DNA of 64,000 nucleotides, from assembly GCA_038230095.1 (NCBI GenBank), contig JBBRNT010000001.1, positions 112,848 through 176,847 of the forward strand. Direction: 5' to 3'. Positions within the stretch are counted from its first letter, which is position 1; every line of letters begins with the position of its first letter. The position numbers and the translations under genes are program-made. The stretch comes from Candidatus Saccharimonadia bacterium. Its GTDB lineage: Bacteria; Patescibacteriota; Saccharimonadia; UBA4664; JBBRNT01. Below the pieces are notes generated by a model. The model saw nothing but the letters and a program-made list of their open reading frames with translations, had not been told where the DNA came from and ran no database searches. Shown here one piece after another: positions 17,020 to 25,505 of the stretch.

Positions 17020-17388
17020 CTACTTCTTGGTGGTTTTCTTGGCGGCTGGTTTCTTGGCAGCGGCTTTAGCCTTGGCCTGAGCTGGTGTAAGCTCCTTTTT
17101 CTTAGGCTTTTCAGCCTTAGGAACGGCACCGGCGGCTTTCTTGAGGCTGGCTACCAGGCGGCTCTTCTTGCGAGCAGCGGTGTTCTTGTGGAGCGTACCC
17201 TTCTTGACGGCGCGGTCAATCTCGGACACAGCAGCCCGCAGAGCTAGGTCGGCAGTCTTGGCGTCGCCGGTAGCGGCAGCCATAACAGCCTTGGTCTCGG
17301 ACTTGATGGCGGCCAAAACTTTCAGGTTGCGACTGCGTCGTACCTTGGTTTGCTTGGCTCGTTTGATGGCGGATTTGATGATTGGCAT
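17020..17388 (-). CDS. rpsT: 30S ribosomal protein S20 with Lys/Ala-rich tail
   Basis: MPIIKSAIKRAKQ, DRAVKKG.LHKNTAARKKSRL. Confidence 0.95.
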   Translation of the reverse strand: MPIIKSAIKRAKQTKVRRSRNLKVLAAIKSETKAVMAAATGDAKTADLALRAAVSEIDRAVKKGTLHKNTAARKKSRLVASLKKAAGAVPKAEKPKKKELTPAQAKAKAAAKKPAAKKTTKK

Positions 17389-17598
17389 AGGTTTGAATGT
17401 TTGAATTTAGACTACTGGACTATACCTGATCGTCTGGGCTTTGTAAAGTGTCTCGGGCGCGGTTCGTAGACCGATAGGGGATTATCGGGTACAGTGATCG
17501 AGTATATTGCACGTTCACAATCTGTTTCGGTACAGCTATGTGGCTAGGGGTGACCGCTAGGTAGTTGTACCGAACCATGTAGGGAAAGGGGTGCTGTC

Positions 17599-18444
17599 AT
17601 GGCGCTGCTCAATATTTCAGAAGTCGACCTAATCCAAGCCCTACGGGCGCGGGGTGGCATGTGGGCGCCGGACAAAGGCGAGTACTCAGTAGTGCCAGCG
17701 ATTGTTCGGGCGTTGAAGCCAGCTGATGCACGCCGAGTGATGCGCCTGCTCGTGAGTATGAGGGAGCGGCAGCTCATAGCCATCCCGCTTAGTCGTCGCC
17801 TGCCCAAAGGGGACGGACGATTGCCGCGGGCAGTTTCTAAGCGGGAGGATCCCGACCCAAGCGAGTGGGATGTAGAGTCGGTAACACTCCTGTATGCGGG
17901 GACCAAGATGTACACCCGCCATATGAGTGGCACAGTGCTGGGCCAGCCAGATGCTCTTCCCAAAGTGGCCAAGGAGCCGGAATTGTTTTCGAAAGGCGCT
18001 AAGCCACCGGGTGGAGGTAAGCCGCCCGCTCGGAGGGGCCGGTCGCCCAAGCTACCCGGTGCTGCTGCGCCACCGGCCCAGGAGCCTGCATCACCGCCGC
18101 CGCCTCCTACCGCTCGGCTCAGTAGCCAGCTTGCGCTCAGTGTTCCGCTGTCCGACCCCTATGAGCTGGTAGTGCTGGATCTGTTGCGGGTCCGACCCAT
18201 CAGCTTTGCCGATGATGCGGCAACAGCCGCCTTGCAGCTGCTGGAAACGGTAGGTCTGGAGCTACCAGATGATCGCCAGGTAGCACTCGCTGAGATGAGA
18301 GCTACCCTGAGCGAGCTGGAAGAGGCTGGCGAGATCCGGATTGATTGGCGTCCGAATCTAACCCAGCGCGGTCTGCACCTGCGCACAGCGGGCCGCCGTA
18401 GGCTTTATGCTCACGCGTCTAGGCCACCGGTGTCTGAGTCGTAG
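17599..18444 (+). CDS. Orphan protein with Pro-rich linker and possible C-terminal winged-helix
   Basis: GAAAGGGG SD; ..RATLSELEEAGEIRI..LRTAGRR wing-like pattern; own terminator. Confidence 0.55.
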   Translation: MALLNISEVDLIQALRARGGMWAPDKGEYSVVPAIVRALKPADARRVMRLLVSMRERQLIAIPLSRRLPKGDGRLPRAVSKREDPDPSEWDVESVTLLYAGTKMYTRHMSGTVLGQPDALPKVAKEPELFSKGAKPPGGGKPPARRGRSPKLPGAAAPPAQEPASPPPPPTARLSSQLALSVPLSDPYELVVLDLLRVRPISFADDAATAALQLLETVGLELPDDRQVALAEMRATLSELEEAGEIRIDWRPNLTQRGLHLRTAGRRRLYAHASRPPVSES

Positions 18445-18449
18445 AAACT

Positions 18450-18482
18450 AGCCTGGATCCACAAGGATCCAGGCTTTATCTT
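18450..18482 (+). terminator. Intrinsic terminator
   Basis: AGCCTGGATCC-ACAA-GGATCCAGGCT then TTATCTT. Confidence 0.75.
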
Positions 18483-18510
18483 ATGATTGTGCTTATGCTA
18501 AGCCGTAATC

Positions 18511-18539
18511 TTGACAAAAACGCAGTTTCCAGATATGAT
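18511..18539 (+). promoter_or_regulatory. Sigma70 promoter
   Basis: TTGACA-17 nt-TATGAT. Confidence 0.75.
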
Positions 18540-18568
18540 CACTAATCGTTTTGCGAGAGGTCAATACT

Positions 18569-19741
18569 ATGGAAACAGAACTCACTCCCAAACAACAAGC
18601 GTCCGAAGCCGTCCGCCAAGCGCGGACTATTCTGGTAGCTACGGGTGCACACCCATCGAACGATCAGGTGGCAGCTGTGATTGCGCTCACGTCTATCCTG
18701 CGCAAGTTCGACAAGAAGGTAACGGCAATTATTAGTGATCAGATCCCCCCAGCGCTGAGCTTCCTATCTGGAGAGACCCTAGACCGCAGCCTGAGCGGCC
18801 AGCGCGATTTTATTCTTAAGGTAGATCTGAAAAAGGCCGAAGTCGATAGCCTGAAGTACACCATAGAAGACGGCAAGCTGAATGTGCACATTACCCCGTT
18901 AAAGGGTGGTTTTGCCCCCAGCGACGTTACATTTGCCTACGGTGCGTACAAGTACGATTTGGCCATTGTGCTGGGTGTAGCCACTCGGGCACGTATGGAC
19001 CGCGTATTTACCGACAATCCACAAATAATGGCCGAAGTGCCCATTGTTAATTTTGATTTCCACCGCAGCAATGAGAACTACGGCGCTATCAACCTGATAG
19101 ATGGTAATGCCGCTAGCCTCTGCGAAATGCTGGTGGCCCTGTCTGAGTCACTACAAACTGGCCTCATTGATGAGCCCATAGCTACTGCCTTGCTGACCGG
19201 TATTATTGCCTCGACCGACCGCTTTACAGCTATTCACACAACCCCCAAGTCGCTGACAGTGGCCGCCCAAATGATGGCAGCCGGTGCTAAGCAGCAGCTG
19301 ATAGTCCAGAACCTATACCGCGGTGGTGGCCAGAAGGATGATCGTAAGGATGGTCGTGATCGAGGCCCACGTGATGGCGGTAATGGCGGCCGCCCAGAGC
19401 CAAAGCCAGTAGTGCCCACACCAAGCGCCCCTGAAGTAGTAGAGGAGGCGCCCGTGCTACCCCCTACCCCGGTAATGGTGCCATCGGAAACGCTGACTAT
19501 CCCTAGGGCACCCGAGGCTATACCAGAAACACCAGAATTATCGGAAGACGTGCCGGCCGTGGCTGCACCGAATGAGCTAGTGGCTGATCCAGCACCGTTC
19601 TTCCAGGGCGAGGGTAGTGTCCTGGCAACTCTGCCTGAAGTGCCGGTAGTGACGGCCCAGCCCATACTAGACCCATACCAGGACCCAGCTGTCTTGGCTT
19701 ATACGGCTGAAGTGCATAATACTGTGGGCATAAGCCTGTAG
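18569..19741 (+). CDS. DHH-family (NrnA-like) protein with degenerate motifs and acidic/Pro-rich tail
   Basis: VNFDFH.SN..YG..N, ASLCEM, ATALLTGII..TDRF, A.QMMAAGA. Confidence 0.75.
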   Translation: METELTPKQQASEAVRQARTILVATGAHPSNDQVAAVIALTSILRKFDKKVTAIISDQIPPALSFLSGETLDRSLSGQRDFILKVDLKKAEVDSLKYTIEDGKLNVHITPLKGGFAPSDVTFAYGAYKYDLAIVLGVATRARMDRVFTDNPQIMAEVPIVNFDFHRSNENYGAINLIDGNAASLCEMLVALSESLQTGLIDEPIATALLTGIIASTDRFTAIHTTPKSLTVAAQMMAAGAKQQLIVQNLYRGGGQKDDRKDGRDRGPRDGGNGGRPEPKPVVPTPSAPEVVEEAPVLPPTPVMVPSETLTIPRAPEAIPETPELSEDVPAVAAPNELVADPAPFFQGEGSVLATLPEVPVVTAQPILDPYQDPAVLAYTAEVHNTVGISL

Positions 19742-19797
19742 TTCTCGGTCGATACCGACGCCCTGCCCTACACTGGGTAGAGCGTCCGAATGGACGT

Positions 19798-20163
19798 GTG
19801 TACGCCGACAACCTGGAGGAAGAAATGGCAACCTTTCGCGACCAATTTCATACCTGGAATTCCGCTCTGCGGCTGGGTAATGGCGAGGCGCCAACGACGA
19901 CCGAGCGTGTGGCCGGCTGGCGCAGGAGCTGGGTTGATACCCATGAGCTGTTGACAGAATGCAGACTGTCGCCGAAGCAGTGGGACCGCTGCCTGAGCTG
20001 GGAGACTCGGCTGAGTCACATCATCGCCGACTGGGAGCGCCGGCTCAAGCTGGAGCCGACTGGCCCGGCGCCCACAATCACGCCTCAGTATGGCTGGTCC
20101 ATGTCGCTGGACCTGTGGTTGCTGCGTCGGTATGTGACTCGCCTACACAGAACCAAGCATTGA
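19798..20163 (+). CDS. Orphan Trp-rich hypothetical protein
   Basis: ORF fills the gap and is followed by a hairpin near 20224-20250; start uncertain. Confidence 0.45.
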   Translation: MYADNLEEEMATFRDQFHTWNSALRLGNGEAPTTTERVAGWRRSWVDTHELLTECRLSPKQWDRCLSWETRLSHIIADWERRLKLEPTGPAPTITPQYGWSMSLDLWLLRRYVTRLHRTKH

Positions 20164-20284
20164 CCTGGCGGCATCAGGCTAATACTGCTACCACTGTGGC
20201 AACAGCCAACATGCCTAAGGCCTACGCCCTCAGGATTACCTGGGGGCGTTTCATTTCTAGCGGCTCCAATGCTACACTCTGCCC

Positions 20285-20962
20285 ATGACTCACGCCTACA
20301 ACGGCCTGCTACTGGTCGACAAACCAGTAGGGCCATCTTCCTTCGATATTATTCGGCAACTGCGCCAGATCACTGGCTTTCGTAAGATTGGCCATGCTGG
20401 CACCCTGGACCCCCTGGCAAGTGGGCTCATGCTGATGCTATTTGGTCCAGCCTGTAAGAAGGCGGAGATGCTGACCAAGCTGGACAAGAGCTATGTGGCC
20501 CAGGTGGTACTGGGGGCAAACTCGACGACTGGGGATATGGAGGGTGAGAAGCTAGCCGTATCGGATAGGGAGCCAAGCGGGGAAGAGGTCCTAGCGGCGC
20601 TAGCGCAGCTACAGGGGGAAATAACACAAATTCCATCACAATATTCGGCAATTAAGATTAATGGCCAGGAGGCCTACAAGCTGGCACGAGCTGGGAAGAT
20701 CGTGGAAATGCCCAGTCGCCAGGTGACGGTAAGAACATTTAAGTTACTAGGCTTCCACCATACCCATCTGGAAATTGAGTGGAATGTGTCGTCTGGTACC
20801 TATATTCGCAACCTGGGAGAAGACCTGGGAGGGTTGCTGGGCACCGGTGCGCATCTGGCCGGTTTACGGCGTACGGTGGTAGGGGAGTATAGGCTAGAGC
20901 AGGCAATGGTGATTGCAGGGGCAGGAGCTGAGGATATTCAGCAGCATTTATTGACTATTTAG
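20285..20962 (+). CDS. truB: tRNA pseudouridine(55) synthase
   Basis: VDKP.G.SS, KIGHAGTLDPLASG, YSAIKING..AY.LAR.G, SSGTYIR. Confidence 0.95.
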   Translation: MTHAYNGLLLVDKPVGPSSFDIIRQLRQITGFRKIGHAGTLDPLASGLMLMLFGPACKKAEMLTKLDKSYVAQVVLGANSTTGDMEGEKLAVSDREPSGEEVLAALAQLQGEITQIPSQYSAIKINGQEAYKLARAGKIVEMPSRQVTVRTFKLLGFHHTHLEIEWNVSSGTYIRNLGEDLGGLLGTGAHLAGLRRTVVGEYRLEQAMVIAGAGAEDIQQHLLTI

Positions 20963-20979
20963 CCGTTTTATGCTAATAT
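20951..20979 (+). promoter_or_regulatory. Near-consensus promoter for the orphan pair
   Basis: TTGACT-17 nt-TAATAT with extended -10 TG. Confidence 0.7.
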
Positions 20980-21055
20980 AGTCGTTATCGCTTCGCACTT
21001 GCGTCGTGAGCACCAGACGCTGACCCGAGAGGGCAGCTATCGAGAAAGACCATCC

Positions 21056-21445
21056 ATGACCCGATTCCTCACCTGCAGCAACAACCACACCATCGCCGTC
21101 ATCAGCGCGGCCGACCGGGAGCTGCTCCGGCAGCGCAACACGACCGAGAGCTTCATCGCTTCCGGGGGTGTGATCTTCACCTTCGTGAGCCCCGACATTT
21201 GGGAGCAGCTGGCGGTGTTCTCACACGGCATCCCCTTCCACACCGGCACCACCGAGGACATGGCGGTCCTACTCGCCGGCCATGAGGTCGACAGCGACTT
21301 CTTCCACGTCCCGTTCTCGAACTCGTTCGAGTACGACCCTGGCGAGAACGGTCAGCTGGAGCGGATGTACCGCACCACGCTCCGTCAGGCCATCGAGGGC
21401 TTCGGCCTGCGCCGCGACCTGCCTCTGGCTACCACTCGGGTCTGA
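21056..21445 (+). CDS. Orphan hypothetical protein (129 aa)
   Basis: Strong C/G-ending codon bias; GAGAAAGA before the ATG; followed by the repeated hairpin. Confidence 0.7.
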   Translation: MTRFLTCSNNHTIAVISAADRELLRQRNTTESFIASGGVIFTFVSPDIWEQLAVFSHGIPFHTGTTEDMAVLLAGHEVDSDFFHVPFSNSFEYDPGENGQLERMYRTTLRQAIEGFGLRRDLPLATTRV

Positions 21446-21462
21446 TCCCGTCCTCTCCATCT

Positions 21463-21496
21463 GTCGTTCCGGCCCCCTTCGGGGGCCGGGCGGCAA
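21463..21496 (+). repeat. GC-rich UUCG hairpin, copy 1
   Basis: GTCGTTCCGGCCCCC-TTCG-GGGGCCGGGCGGCAA; near-identical copy at 22043. Confidence 0.85.
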
Positions 21497-21623
21497 GCTA
21501 CCTTGTGATCTGATAAGAGACCAAACTCTAACCAGATCGCAAGAACTGGCCAACAGATTTATTATCTGCTGGAGCACTTCGACAATCCACCGGCCCGCTA
21601 TGGCCCCGTCTCTGAGGAGAACC

Positions 21624-22037
21624 ATGAATACTACTCGAACCCCGCAAGTTGGCGACTTGGTGGCTATCACGGGCGAACTGCCGAGCTTCGGCGTTGTTAC
21701 TCGATTTGATGGTGACCGGTTCTTCTTCAAGGACCCTGGTAGCAACCTCGATGTCGCCATGGCTCCGGCTCCCGATGAGCCCTACGTCGTGATCTCGGTC
21801 GACGAGGCCAAAAGCTTTCTCGAAAAGCTACTGGACGCCATTCTTACCGACACGGCCTACCTGGGCGAAGGCTTCGCCAACTGGATGCGAGAGCAGTTCA
21901 AGGTTGCGATTCCGGTGCGACCCGTGCTCGATGAGAAGTCCATGTCATACTTCATGACACTGGCTGTCGCGACCTGGCCGGGGGACAGTGTCCGCATGGC
22001 GCTCATGCTCTGGGCGCTGTTCGGCTGGCCAGTCTGA
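21624..22037 (+). CDS. Orphan hypothetical protein (137 aa)
   Basis: GAGGAG SD before ATG 21624; small beta-barrel-like N-terminus (QVGDLVAI..GVV..); followed by the repeated hairpin. Confidence 0.65.
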   Translation: MNTTRTPQVGDLVAITGELPSFGVVTRFDGDRFFFKDPGSNLDVAMAPAPDEPYVVISVDEAKSFLEKLLDAILTDTAYLGEGFANWMREQFKVAIPVRPVLDEKSMSYFMTLAVATWPGDSVRMALMLWALFGWPV

Positions 22038-22042
22038 TCACC

Positions 22043-22076
22043 GTCGTTCCGGCCCCTTCGGGGGTCGGGACGGCAA
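22043..22076 (+). repeat. GC-rich UUCG hairpin, copy 2
   Basis: GTCGTTCCGGCCCC-TTCG-..GGTCGGGACGGCAA. Confidence 0.85.
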
Positions 22077-22177
22077 TACCATCCTCATGCTTTGATCTAG
22101 TTTGCAAAACCTAGATGAGCGCGTGAGGGGAGAGAGGGTTGCCAACAGGAGGGTAATCTGCTAGCATGTGTCCTGTA

Positions 22178-22444
22178 ATGCTAAAAACTGAAGTCAAAAC
22201 TAAAGTAATCGGCTCGATGCAAACACACAAAAAGGACACTGGTTCGCCAGAGGTCCAGATTGGTATTTTCACAGAGCAGATCAAGCAGCTCACGTCTCAC
22301 TTGCAGACCCATAAGAAAGACGAGCATTCTCGCCGCGGCCTCCTGAAAATGGTTGGTAAGCGTCGTAGTTTGCTGGACTATCTGAACAAGAAAGATCACA
22401 AAAAATACCAAGAAGTGATCAAGAAGCTGGAACTCCGTCGCTAA
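22178..22444 (+). CDS. rpsO: 30S ribosomal protein S15
   Basis: [32 protein letters not shown]; precedes pnp. Confidence 0.97.
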   Translation: MLKTEVKTKVIGSMQTHKKDTGSPEVQIGIFTEQIKQLTSHLQTHKKDEHSRRGLLKMVGKRRSLLDYLNKKDHKKYQEVIKKLELRR

Positions 22445-22647
22445 GACGTCCCGTTTCTGCCTGTTCAGCCCCACATTATGTCATCCAGATCGAAGCAGAG
22501 AGCTCCTTGGAGCCCTCGACTGCGCTCAGGATGGATCCTGGGAGAGTACCAATACGTTAATTATGGCGGCCCGTAAGTAGCAGAGTTTTGAGATTAACAC
22601 CATTAATCTTGTATCCCTGAGACCTACTCGCCCCAGAATAGGAGCAT

Positions 22648-24768
22648 ATGAATCAAGATATAATCAACCCTTTTGGCGCTAAGACGCTGAAGTTCTCGGC
22701 GCAGTTCTGCGGTCGCGAACTTACCATTGAAACCGGTAATATGGCTTTCCTGGCGGCAGGCGAAGTGACTGTGAGCTATGGTGACGCCGTAGTTCTCGGC
22801 ACGGCCGCAGTCTCAAACGCGCCTCGTCCCGGCATAGACTTCTTCCCCCTCATGGTCGACTACGAGGAGCGTATGTATGCCTCGGGTAAGATTAGCGGTA
22901 GCCGCTTCATGAAGCGTGAGGGTCGGGCCAGCGAGCACGGTACTCTGGCTTCGCGCCTGATCGACCGCCCCATCCGCCCACTGTTCCCCGCAGGCTACCG
23001 TAACGATGTCCAGGGTGTAGCCACCGTCTTATCCGTGGACCCAGACTTCGGCACCAACATCCTTGGTATTATTGCCGTATCTGCCGCCCTTAGCATTAGT
23101 GGTGCGCCATTTGAGGGCCCAGTAGCGGGCGTGAGTATTGGCCTGGTTGATGGCGAGCTGGTAGCTTACCCAACTACCGAGCAAATGAAGACCTCCGAGC
23201 TGGATCTGACTGTGGCTGGAACCAAGGACGCGATTATGATGGTCGAAGCCGGCGCCAACCAGGTGGACGAAGAGCTTATGGTAAAGGCTATTGAGCTGGC
23301 TCATCAGGCCTGGCAGCCAGTCATTAAGCTCCAGGAGGAGTTGGTGGCCGCCCTCAAGCCCCAGCTGAAGCCATTTGAGCTTATTGAAACCGACAAAGAG
23401 CTCATTAAGAAAATCCAGAAATTTGTAGACGGCAAGCTTATCCCAGTCCTGCGCCATGAGGACCACTACGTCCACATAAATCACCCAGCCTTCCGAGCGC
23501 TGAAGGATGAAGTAATTGCCGAGCTTGGTGAAGCGTATCCAGATACAGCGGCTTTGACGACGGCCTACTACGAAGTGATTGATATTGAAGTCCGCCGCGG
23601 CATTCTGGAAGACAATACTCGCCCAGACGGTCGCAAGCCCGATGAGATCCGTCCGCTATCGCACCAGGTAGGCATACTGCCACGGGTGCATGGCTCGGCG
23701 CTCTTCACGCGCGGCATTACCCAGGTGCTCAATACGACCACGCTGGCTTCGACTAGCTACGCCCAGCTGATTGATACCATGGAAGAGGACACTACCAAGC
23801 GCTATATGCACCACTACAACTTCCCACCCTACGCGACTGGCGAGGTGCGCCCCATGCGCTCACCGGGCCGCCGAGAGATTGGCCATGGTGCCTTGGCTGA
23901 GCGGGCCCTGCTTGCCGTGATTCCATCGGTTGAAGACTTCCCCTATACCATCCGAACTGTCAGCGAAGCTATTAGCTCAAATGGTTCAACTTCTATGGCC
24001 TCAGTCTGTGGCAGCACCATGTCGCTGATGGATGCGGGCGTACCTATTACCGCACCTGTTGCTGGTATTGCCATGGGGCTGGTCATGGGGGATGACGGTC
24101 ACTTTGTAGTGCTCAGCGACGTCGCTGGCGCCGAGGACCACGGTGGGGACATGGACTTCAAGGTGGCTGGTACCGCTACCGGTGTCACTGCCCTGCAAAT
24201 GGACATTAAGATTAAGGGTATTACCCCAGCCGTCATGCGCGAAGCGCTGGTGAAGGCCAAAGTGGGCCGGATCAAGATTCTAGATAGCATGCTGGCAGTT
24301 ATTGCCGAGCCGCGCCCAGAGATGAGCCCCTACGCTCCTCGTATCTACAAAATGCAGATCAACCCAGACAAGATTAAGATTGTTATTGGTAAGGGTGGCG
24401 ACACTATTAATAAGATTATTGCCGAAACCGGTGTGGAGATAGATATACAGGACTCTGGCCTGGTCATGATTGCCGCCAATGATGGTGAAAGCGCCAAGGC
24501 AGCTATTGAGTGGATCGAGAGCCTAACAGCCGAGGCTGTGGTGGGCAAGATCTATACCGGCCGCGTGGTGAAGATTATGGAATTCGGTGCCTTTGTGAAC
24601 ATTATGCCGGGTAAGGACGGTCTGGTGCACATCTCTCAACTAGCCGACAAGCGGGTAGAAAAGGTTGAAGACGTTGTTGAAGTTGGTGATACAATACAGG
24701 TAAAGCTTATGGAGATAGACGACAAAGGTCGCATGAACCTGAGCAAAAAGGCAGCCGACAACGCCTAG
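22648..24768 (+). CDS. pnp: Polyribonucleotide nucleotidyltransferase
   Basis: FFPL.VDYEER, RLIDRPIRPLF, RREIGHG.LAERAL, SNGSTSMAS, GDMDFKVAG, KH and S1 domains. Confidence 0.97.
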   Translation: MNQDIINPFGAKTLKFSAQFCGRELTIETGNMAFLAAGEVTVSYGDAVVLGTAAVSNAPRPGIDFFPLMVDYEERMYASGKISGSRFMKREGRASEHGTLASRLIDRPIRPLFPAGYRNDVQGVATVLSVDPDFGTNILGIIAVSAALSISGAPFEGPVAGVSIGLVDGELVAYPTTEQMKTSELDLTVAGTKDAIMMVEAGANQVDEELMVKAIELAHQAWQPVIKLQEELVAALKPQLKPFELIETDKELIKKIQKFVDGKLIPVLRHEDHYVHINHPAFRALKDEVIAELGEAYPDTAALTTAYYEVIDIEVRRGILEDNTRPDGRKPDEIRPLSHQVGILPRVHGSALFTRGITQVLNTTTLASTSYAQLIDTMEEDTTKRYMHHYNFPPYATGEVRPMRSPGRREIGHGALAERALLAVIPSVEDFPYTIRTVSEAISSNGSTSMASVCGSTMSLMDAGVPITAPVAGIAMGLVMGDDGHFVVLSDVAGAEDHGGDMDFKVAGTATGVTALQMDIKIKGITPAVMREALVKAKVGRIKILDSMLAVIAEPRPEMSPYAPRIYKMQINPDKIKIVIGKGGDTINKIIAETGVEIDIQDSGLVMIAANDGESAKAAIEWIESLTAEAVVGKIYTGRVVKIMEFGAFVNIMPGKDGLVHISQLADKRVEKVEDVVEVGDTIQVKLMEIDDKGRMNLSKKAADNA

Positions 24769-24770
24769 CC

Positions 24771-24822
24771 CTAGATAGTTCGACTGGCCCGGATACCATC
24801 TGGGCCGGATCGAGGGATCTAG
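24771..24822 (+). other. Long imperfect hairpin 3' of pnp
   Basis: CTAGAT..TCGA CTGGCCCGGAT-ACC-ATCTGGGCCGG ATCGA..ATCTAG. Confidence 0.65.
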
Positions 24823-24859
24823 TTCGCGGATTCCTGAACCGATGAGGGACAGAGAAGGT

Positions 24860-25444
24860 ATGACCACGGCCACGAGTAAGCAAAACCAGCTGGAGCAAAT
24901 CGCCAAGCGAATCGAAGCGGACAATCCATGTCCCGATTTGCGGGCGACCGCGACCCAGCTGGTCCCTGGTGATGGAGACTCGGATGCCCAGATAGTGCTC
25001 ATTGGCGAGGCCCCCGGGGCCAAGGAAGATGAGCAAGGCGTGCCATTTGTAGGCGCTGCCGGTAAGCTGCTGGACGAGATGCTAGCTACCATCCACCTAG
25101 CGCGCACCGACATTTACATTACCAATATTGTGAAATACCGACCGCCCAGTAACCGCGATCCGTTGCCAGAGGAGATAGCCGCATTTATGCCGTATCTCGA
25201 GGCGCAACTGGCTGTCATACAGCCAAAGCTAGTGGTATTTCTTGGGCGCCATTCCATGAGCGCGTTCTTGCCCGAGCTGAAGATAAGCGAAGTACACGGC
25301 CAGCCTAAGCGCCTAGGGGGCCAGGTCTACTTGCCGCTGTACCATCCGGCTGCCGCGCTCTACAACGGTGGCATGCGCCAAACCCTGTTCGACGACTTCG
25401 CCAAAATTCCGGCCATTCTTGACCTGATCGAAAGCCGAAAGTAG
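24860..25444 (+). CDS. udg: Uracil-DNA glycosylase, family 4-like
   Basis: IGEAPG..ED.QG.PFVG.AG, TN.VK.RPP.NRDP, LYHPAA.L. Confidence 0.9.
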   Translation: MTTATSKQNQLEQIAKRIEADNPCPDLRATATQLVPGDGDSDAQIVLIGEAPGAKEDEQGVPFVGAAGKLLDEMLATIHLARTDIYITNIVKYRPPSNRDPLPEEIAAFMPYLEAQLAVIQPKLVVFLGRHSMSAFLPELKISEVHGQPKRLGGQVYLPLYHPAAALYNGGMRQTLFDDFAKIPAILDLIESRK

Positions 25445-25505
25445 CTCTCAATCGCAATGCAATTATTTTCAAGTAACACGACCCAACCGGGTCAGAAAAG
25501 GACAT

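Noticed and set aside
17020-17140. Lys/Ala-rich tail on S20
   Set aside because: Such low-complexity tails are common on ribosomal proteins; not distinctive.
21463-22076. CRISPR array or canonical integron attC sites
   Set aside because: Only two copies ~580 nt apart with a gene between them; no cas or intI gene and no clear RYYYAAC/GTTRRRY boxes. Kept only as a cassette-like observation.
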